Positions 1-8,000 of a stretch of DNA of 64,000 nt are shown piece after piece. The position numbers and the translations under genes were made by a program. The notes below the pieces were generated by a model. That model saw nothing but the letters and a program-made list of their open reading frames with translations. It had not been told where the DNA came from and did no database searches. The stretch spans positions 96,001-160,000 of the IMG/VR virus record IMGVR_UViG_3300021364_003460; one strand, given 5' to 3'. The first letter of the stretch is position 1. Each line of letters begins with the position of its first letter. Source of the DNA: a virus.

Positions 1-918
1 AAAGGTAGTTTTAAGAAAGGAGACTTATGTATTCTTATTCAACCTGATAGTGTGCTGCCTGATGCTGAGTGGACTGAACCTTACAAGAAGTTTTGTAAGA
101 CAAGAATTAGAGCTACTAAAATCAGGGGGTTTGTTAGCTTTGGAGTAGTAGAAAAACTAAACTTAATAGCACCTTCCTCAGTCAAAGGATTTTGGAATGA
201 AACAGAATGGTTAGAAAGCTGTTATAAAAATAATATAGGATTAGATGTTACTAACTTATTAGGTATTACTAAATATGAACCCCCAGCAGGTAATGAGTTA
301 GGAGCTAAAGGAAATTTACCATTTAGTATAATTAAGAGTTCAGAAACACTATGGCAGAATGTTAGAAGCCTAGATAAGTATATTGGGCAGATTGTAGATA
401 TTTCTCTAAAAATAGATGGTGAGGCAGCAGCCTACTTCTATAAAGATGACCAGTTTGGTGTGTTAAGTAGAGGAGTAGAATATGATCCTGAAGTAAATAA
501 TAAATATACTTCTCACATAGGTAGATATAATTTGTACTCTAAATTAGCTTCCTACTGTGAAACTCACAAAGTTAACTTATGTTTAAGAGGAGAATCCTAT
601 GGACAAAGTATTCAAAACAGACCACTCAATCCTCACTCTAAGCTACCCCTTAACATAGCTTTCTACTCTGTATGGCTTATTGATGAAATGAGATATGCAG
701 GTAAAGGAGAAAAGCATTACTTTGTAGATGTCTGTAAAGAGCTGGGCTTGCCAACTGTTGATATCTTAGAAGAAGATGTTGAGTTAACTTATGATTTGAT
801 TAAGAAGTATGATGAGCATTTAGAGAAAGTGAATGGTCAACCTTTTGAAGGTGTAGTAGTTAAGGGGGCTGACTTTAGCTTTAAGATTATTAATAAACAT
901 TATGATAGCAAGAAGTAA
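1..918 (+). CDS. ATP-dependent RNA ligase, DRB0094/Rnl5-like (5'-partial; the frame is open back to base 1)
   Basis: Nucleotidyltransferase motifs: LKIDGE (KxDG), RGESYG, FYSVW, FEGVVVK, SFKIIN. Bases 1-51 translate in frame as KGSFKKGDLCILIQPDS, typical of the N-terminal domain of this family, so the GTG at 52 is not the real start. Confidence 0.88.
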   Translation, partial: KGSFKKGDLCILIQPDSVLPDAEWTEPYKKFCKTRIRATKIRGFVSFGVVEKLNLIAPSSVKGFWNETEWLESCYKNNIGLDVTNLLGITKYEPPAGNELGAKGNLPFSIIKSSETLWQNVRSLDKYIGQIVDISLKIDGEAAAYFYKDDQFGVLSRGVEYDPEVNNKYTSHIGRYNLYSKLASYCETHKVNLCLRGESYGQSIQNRPLNPHSKLPLNIAFYSVWLIDEMRYAGKGEKHYFVDVCKELGLPTVDILEEDVELTYDLIKKYDEHLEKVNGQPFEGVVVKGADFSFKIINKHYDSKK

Positions 919-920
919 AT

Positions 921-1286
921 ATGTTTAAGCTATATACGCCAACAAGTAAAATCATAGCAGAATTATATGATTTTACTATAGAAGCTAAACCTACTACTAG
1001 TAACTTTAAGTACCTACCGTTTGCTTTAGTTTCAGAAAACTTACATTCTGAGTTAACTGAAGATATTAATATTAATAATTGCACTTTAGAACTTCCTTAT
1101 ACCGTAGATATCTTTAATAAATATTTTAGTAAACGCTGGAATAACTTTGAGGATAGAAATGACTTTAATACAATGGTTTTAAACCTAAGTATTAAGTTAC
1201 TTGTTTTTACAAAGTTATTTCCTGGTAGAAAAGTTAAATATCAATATAGACTAGAAGGTATAGTTTATTCAATAAGTTTAAAATAA
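921..1286 (+). CDS. hypothetical protein (121 aa)
   Basis: ATG lies 2 nt after the ligase stop; codon usage matches the genome; no recognisable motif. Confidence 0.7.
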   Translation: MFKLYTPTSKIIAELYDFTIEAKPTTSNFKYLPFALVSENLHSELTEDININNCTLELPYTVDIFNKYFSKRWNNFEDRNDFNTMVLNLSIKLLVFTKLFPGRKVKYQYRLEGIVYSISLK

Positions 1287-1289
1287 TTA

Positions 1290-1345
1290 AGAAAGCTGGC
1301 TAATTGGTAGCCTAATCTATCTGAGTTCAACTCTCAGGCTTTCTA
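1290..1345 (+). ncRNA. tRNA-like RNA lacking the anticodon arm
   Basis: AGAAAGC-T-GGCTA-ATTGG-TAGCC-TAATCTAT-CTGAG-TTCAACT-CTCAG-GCTTTCT-A. It has a 7-bp acceptor stem, U8, a D-arm with GG in the loop, an 8-nt linker, a 5-bp T-stem closed by G-C with a TTCRA loop, and discriminator A. All stems are Watson-Crick. No encoded CCA. Confidence 0.72.
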
Positions 1346-1351
1346 TTTTAA

Positions 1352-1360
1352 TGATATAAT
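1352..1360 (+). promoter_or_regulatory. possible extended -10 promoter (TGnTATAAT) for the 1393 gene
   Basis: TGATATAAT about 32 nt upstream of ATG 1393. The AT-rich background makes a chance match plausible. Confidence 0.3.
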
Positions 1361-1392
1361 ATAAGTTATTTTAAAGTTTATATTATATTTAC

Positions 1393-2097
1393 ATGACAAC
1401 TGAATACACTAATATAGTTCAGCTAGGTAACAGACTAGTTAATGAACTTAAGTTTTTTTTTGAAAATAAGAATCTAGTTGGCACTAAAGAAGCAAATTAC
1501 ATTATTGAATCTTTTGAAGAGTTTATTGAACAGCTATCTAATCCTATAGTTAGTCAGGAGTTAGATAATTATAAACTCTCTATTCAGAATCCTATTGAGA
1601 AGTTTGGTTTAGTAGAGGAAGTAGTTAAGTGCATTGAAGAAGGTAAAGACAATAAAGAGATAGCTGAAGGGTTAGCTCTTAGAGGACTACCTATTGAGTC
1701 TAAACATATATCTTCCTTTAAGAAAGAATATGAAAAAGCTGATATATTAGCTAAAATAGATAAATCTAACTCTAGTATCTTTGATACTGAAGTTCAATTA
1801 CAAATGATATTTGATACTCTACAAAATCAATTACAAGAGTTGGAGTATGCTGATGAAGAAATGTTACTTAGAGCTAGAACTACTAAGTATTCTTTAAAAA
1901 CAGAAACCTTAAGAGAGATTAGAATGGCAGCCAAAGATGCTAAAGAGTTAGCTGAAGCTGTGCTTAATCTACAGAATACTAAGAAGTTCAATCAAATAGT
2001 ATTAGAAACAGTTAATAAAGAATGTGGTCCAGTTGTCTTTAATAAAGTAGTAACTGAACTTAGGAAGCAGAAACTAATGTTTAACTTTACTCTTTAA
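1393..2097 (+). CDS. hypothetical protein (234 aa), helical, possible HTH plus coiled coil
   Basis: Long ORF with native codon usage; segment KDNKEIAEGLALRGLPIESKHISSFKKEY is HTH-like; converges on the giant gene with overlapping stops. Confidence 0.75.
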   Translation: MTTEYTNIVQLGNRLVNELKFFFENKNLVGTKEANYIIESFEEFIEQLSNPIVSQELDNYKLSIQNPIEKFGLVEEVVKCIEEGKDNKEIAEGLALRGLPIESKHISSFKKEYEKADILAKIDKSNSSIFDTEVQLQMIFDTLQNQLQELEYADEEMLLRARTTKYSLKTETLREIRMAAKDAKELAEAVLNLQNTKKFNQIVLETVNKECGPVVFNKVVTELRKQKLMFNFTL

Positions 2098-5000
2098 CTA
2101 TAACCAGGTTTAGAATTATAACTATTAATCATACCTCTAGTTACAGCTAACTGGAGGTTATTGTTTTCAGCTACCTTATTAGTAATAACTACTTTGTTAC
2201 CTACCTGTTCTCCTTTAACAGATTTAACTAATACAGGTTGAGTGTTATGCTGTAGAGCTACTTGATTAACTTGAGCATCTATAAAAGTATTTTTAACTTC
2301 ACTAGCATCAACTTGTACTTTAGTTTTGAGGTTAGCAGATGACTTGACTACAGTATTGTTAGATTGTTTAGCCAATGCTACTAAGTTAGCTTTTAGTTGA
2401 GTATTAGATTGCTTGTTACTTAGTCTATCTTTAGTATTCTTTTGTAAAGCTTGTAACTCAGACTGTCTACTAGCATCTGCACTACTTAGCTTTTGCTGGA
2501 TAGCGGGATCCCCCATTCTGAGTTGTACAGTAAGTGCTTTTAACTCTTTATAGTTTTCAGCAGACTGTATTACCTTATCCCAAGAGGCTGCACCTACAAC
2601 TACTTGATTGTAGTATTGAGACCTAATAGTAGCTTCTCTATCTATCAGTGAGTTAACTAAACTAAAGGTAGGTTTATTAAACATTCTAGCTTTAGGTTCT
2701 AACTCACCATAAGAGTTACCATAGAAAGTAGGATTAGCAAACAAACCTTTAGTTCTGTTACCTGTCCAGTCACCTGAAGCTTCTAGATACTTAGAGGAGT
2801 CATAGGCGATCGCCATCTGAGCAGTAGCCACATAGATAGGAGCTTTATCATCATAAAACTTGGTGAAGGCTAATGGCTGTTGTGAGTTAGTAGCAAAGAA
2901 GCCTCCTATATGTGGAATGTTAGATACCCAATCCATAAAGGGAGTTAGCAAGCCATTAGTCCATCTAGATATACCAGGAAAGATACTATGAACTAAAGCT
3001 GCTGTACTACCTGCTGCTAAACCTAATAAAGCTGCTGGAGCTAAAGCCATACCTGCCACACTAGCTAACAATAATACACCTAATCCTACACCTGCAAAAG
3101 TTATTATACTACCAGGAGAAGTAAGCTCTTTTAGTACAGGTACGCTGTTAACAAATCTATCAAAAGAAAGTAATGTTTGCCCAAAGAAGTTAGTAGTACC
3201 TTCATAAACTCTACCTACACCTCCAGTAATACTTCTCACTACATTAGTATTCCTAACATCATTCCAAGCTTCTCCTATAGCTTTACCTCCTGCAATTAAT
3301 CCTGCTATTGTAGTTAAAGTAACAGCAGCAAAAAAACCAGCTTTGCCAGGTTTTCTAGCAGCAGACTGTAATGCTGACTTACCTAAAGAGGGTAAAGTTT
3401 TCATAAATAACTTAGGTAGTCTGTTTAGTATTGTAATGTTTACAGCAGTACCAAACAAAGAACCAAAGACTACTTGACCAGTAGATTCAGCAGCAAAATT
3501 AATTTCACCTTCAGTAGCATAAGGGTCTGACTCTAAAGCAGCTAGTCTATTAAAAGAAGTAAAGATATCTAAGGACTCCATACCACTAGAGAATATTGCT
3601 ACTCCTTTTAAAGTATTCTCAAACCCACCAGCTAACATTGCAGTTCTTCTAACTTTAGGAATCTGCATTCTTTCTAAAGTATCTACTAAGGTAGCAGAAG
3701 GTTTACTAATTCCATCAGGTAAGTTTACTGTAGCTGCTCTAGGAGTTGATAACTGATTATGTCTACTAAAGAAGTTTCTGTGTCCTTGTACAAACTTAAA
3801 AGGTTTAACCATTTCTAAGATTGCATTTTTAACTCTAGCTCCATAACCTAAAGCATCTTCAGATTCTAAGTAAAGTAAGTTATTATCAAGTCTACTAGCA
3901 AAGGTATCTACAACTGATCTTATCTTGTGAGCTAGTAATTTAGATAGCTGCTCTCCTCTAGCTCCTTGTACTTTAGCCAATATATCTTCACCTAACTCTT
4001 TTGATTTGTGAATCTCTTCAGCTAAGAATTGGTCAACTGCTTGGTAAATTTCCTGTTTAAGTTTCCCTTTAACAGTCTCATCTATAGGTCTCATTATTGT
4101 CATATCTTCTAATAACTTAGTATCAGTTAGTAAATCTCCAAAAGATAAATTAGAACCAGGTTGCTGTGATGTAAAAGCTTCAAAGACACTATCAATATAG
4201 TCATCTACCATATTAGTAATTTGAGGTCTTAAAGTTTCAGTAACATACTTAAACCTGTCTGAGCCTATCCATTTAGGTTGATTTGGATTAGGACTGTTAA
4301 CATCATAGAACATATCTCCTGATATTCTAAATACCCTATTAACTACTTCTTCATGAGCTTTACCTATGCTAATCTGAACGTGCTGTAAGATTTCATTAAC
4401 TGCTTGTACTTCACTTTTGCCAGTTAAGTCAAATCCTTCAGGTAAGATAACTGCAAACTGTCTACCTCCTTTACCTTTAATTTGTACTCCCATTCTGTTA
4501 CCATCAACAGTTATCCTTTTATGGGCATGGAAGTTATAAACTTTAGCTGCACCTTCCTCACCTACAGTGGCAAACATATTTCTAAATCTATAAGTAGCCT
4601 CTTCAAATCTAGTTTCCATAGGTGAGAAAGCTAATGCTCCTAAGAAACCAGCACCCATTACTACTCCAGTAAGTGCTACTGCTCCTATAGCTCCAAACCT
4701 AATCATAGTAGGGAATGCTTCAGTCATTTTCCAAGCAGACTCAGCACCTTTCCATAAGATACCCCACCAAGGTTCAGATTTCATATTAGAAGTATCTAAC
4801 TGTAAGCTGCCTCCATAAGCTAACATCTCCCCAGGGTTATCCATTACACTAGGAGATATCTCTAAAGCTTTATCTTCAGTTTTAGTAACTTTTAAATCCG
4901 TTACATGTAATCTATTATTAGTAGCAAATATAGCCCTTAGTAATTTAGCTACTTGCTTAGTATCCATAGCTTCTAAAGCTGCTTTTTGGTGAGGATTTCT

Positions 5001-8000
5001 AGGGTCATGTGGAAATGCAGCTAATGGATTTCTAATGTCTACTACATTACTTAACTCTGTTAAACTATTGATGTCAAAAGGATCTGTACTTCTACTAAGT
5101 ATGTTTTCAGGGCGTTGATAAGCTAACTCATTAGACCTTCTTATTCTTAGCTGTAAAACATGACTTAGTATACTGTCTCCACTTACTAACTCTAATGTAG
5201 GGTCATTATAAGGAGTTGAATACTTTCTAGGTTTAGCTAGTGGAGATAACTGTGCTGTGGCTGATATAACAGCTAAACTACTTGCCATTAACTTAGTTTT
5301 ATTATCTGACTTCCTAGTATCTCTAATAGCTTTCTTCATGCCTTCTAAAACTAAAAAGTTATATTGAGAGTTAGGTGTCATTCCTAATTTAAAGAAGTAT
5401 TTAGGTAGCATTGAGTAGATAGCAAAAGAGGTATCTTGTAAAGCAGACTGAGTTTGAGCATATATTCTATACCTAATACCTTTGTCTCCTGAAGATAAGG
5501 TGATGCCAACACCAGGTAAAATAGACTGGAAAGGATTCTGTGGGCTTACTACAAAAGGAGCCATTATATCTTGTAGTGCTTTAGTAACCTTTTGCTGTTG
5601 AGGGTCATTAGGATTAAGTAATCTAAACCCCTTCTGACTAATCTGCATTCCCTTGTCATCTACAAAAATAGTTGTATCTATAGGTGAACCATTGTTTCTT
5701 TTATCTTGTCTAGTTACTAACCTAAAGATATTAGCTAAACCTTCCCCAAAAGTATTACCATCTAAAGAGTTGTAAAAAGCATCAGTAGCCTTCTGACCTG
5801 TACCACCTTCTGAAGCTACATAACCCCAACCTTGCATTAGATAACTAGCAGCTTTAGGTATTAAACCTAATCCTATTATAGATAGAGTAAAAAATCTCTT
5901 AGTTCTAGCTGCTGCAACTGACTTACCACCCTTCATGTTAATAAAGTCGGCTCTACTCCATAATGCTTGTAACCCTTTGTTTAGATTAGTATCAGAAACT
6001 ATAGTATCAATAGCATTAAGTTTAATACTGTTGATTTTGTTGACTGCATCATTCAGAACTACTTCTTCTTTTATAGAATCAGACAATTGAGCAGCAGTAA
6101 TACTACCTTTGTGCACATTACCTATATAACCTAATGTCTTTTCTAAATACTTATTAACATAGTCTCTTTGTAACCAGTTTTTGTAAGTGACATAAGAAGA
6201 CCTCAAATAATCTAAAGGGTTAAGATAGTTCTTAGCTCTGACCTTATTAATATAATTAGTTCCAGCAGTATACTCTTTTAGTATCTGTGCTGGAGACTTA
6301 CCAATGTCAGCTATTTCTAAAGCAGGTATACTTAGTGCAGCAAACCCTACCATAGTTATACTTTTCTTCAGCCAGTTACTCCTTTCATCTTCTAAAGGTC
6401 TGCCATCAGCACCTGTAGTAAGATAAGTGTCTTTATCCATGTTGATAGAAACACCAAAGGTAGAATCTGTAAGTAGCCATCCATAGGCAAAGGTAGCACC
6501 TACAGTAAGTATGTAGCCTAAATTCATCTTAGGTTTAATAGTTATGTTTTCTACAACTGAGGCTAACTTAGTTTTAATAGGGTTTAACTTACCAGGAATA
6601 TCTAATCCATCTAACCTATTAGAATACATACCAAAAGCTGCTGTACCCAGTAAAGTAGTACCTGCATAAACCTTTGTTTGAGTTTCATCATCTGCACCTA
6701 GAAACTTAGCACCTGTAGTAGCTAAAGGAGCAAATAGTAAAGCAGATACACCAAAAGACCTACCTATTTTACCTAGTGTAGTAGTTCCCTCTTTAAGAAT
6801 GTTTGCACTATTTTTTACTGTTAAACCTAACTCTTGTATTACTTTAGTTTGAAAGTTGAAGTGAGAAACAGCTAAATTAGCAGAGTAAACTGGAAATGAT
6901 ACTAAATCTTCAAACAATCCATAAGAAGTTTTAAATACAGATTTAACTATGTTAGAGGTGGCTTTTAGTTCACTTGTAAGAATACCATCTTTGTTAAGTA
7001 AGTTTATAAAAGGTAGCTTTAAGAAACCTTCCATGAGGCTAATAGTAGTGAGCATACTAGCAGTTAGCACCATTAAACTGCTGCCCATGTTACCAATAGC
7101 TCCAAGGAAACTTAGTATGTTGTCTTTACCATTGTTGTGAACTAATGCTCCTTTACCTCCTAAATGATTAGGTTTATCCCAATCAATCATTATAGGAAAT
7201 AGAAAACTAATGTTAGTACCTAGAATAGGTGCTGTTTGCTGACCAGCTTTAAACTCTAATGTACCTCCTCTTACTAAGTTACCCATTTCATCATACTGTC
7301 TACCTTTAGTAACCTCAGTTGCAAAGAACTGAAAGTAAGGAGTAGGTGACTGGTGAGCTATAACTCTAGTAACTTTATCCTTAATCTTAGGATCTACTAT
7401 AGGCATTGAAGATGTAATGAAACCTAATTGATAAAGTCCTGCTGCTTCTAATGGAGTGATGTTACCTGAGTTTAATCTATCTATAAGTTGTTTCTTTAGA
7501 GAAGTTAATTCTCCCATCACTCCTATATTCTCATTAAGGAGAGCATTACCTTTCTTACCTAATACAGCTTCACCTAACCAGGGTATAGATTGAAATACTT
7601 TCATAGCATTACTTACTACCCAAGGCGCAGCAGTCCTAGCAGCTAACATTGCTGTAGAAGTCCAGACCATCATAGGTAAGAAATTACCTTTAGGTCTGGC
7701 TGATAATAGTTTGTTTCCTTTAATGATTTTAGTAAGTATAGTTTTCTTTAATTGAGATACATTAGGATCAGCTTTAATCCTTTCCAAAGCTTCTGGCGCA
7801 TTAGTTCCTAATATATATCTATCTAAATTGGGAGACCTTAATGTTGCTATACTACCTACACCTGCTCCTACTGCTAATGAGAATGCAGAGTATCCTAAAG
7901 ATGCAGCTATTGAAGTGTAACCTCCTCCCCAACCAAATACTCTAGTAGGCTCAAAATCAGGAGTAAAATTATCATTTCTATGAGTTACTGCTACTATCAA

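Noticed and set aside
1290-1345. Calling the element a canonical, decoding tRNA gene
   Set aside because: There is no anticodon stem-loop; only 8 nt separate the D and T arms.
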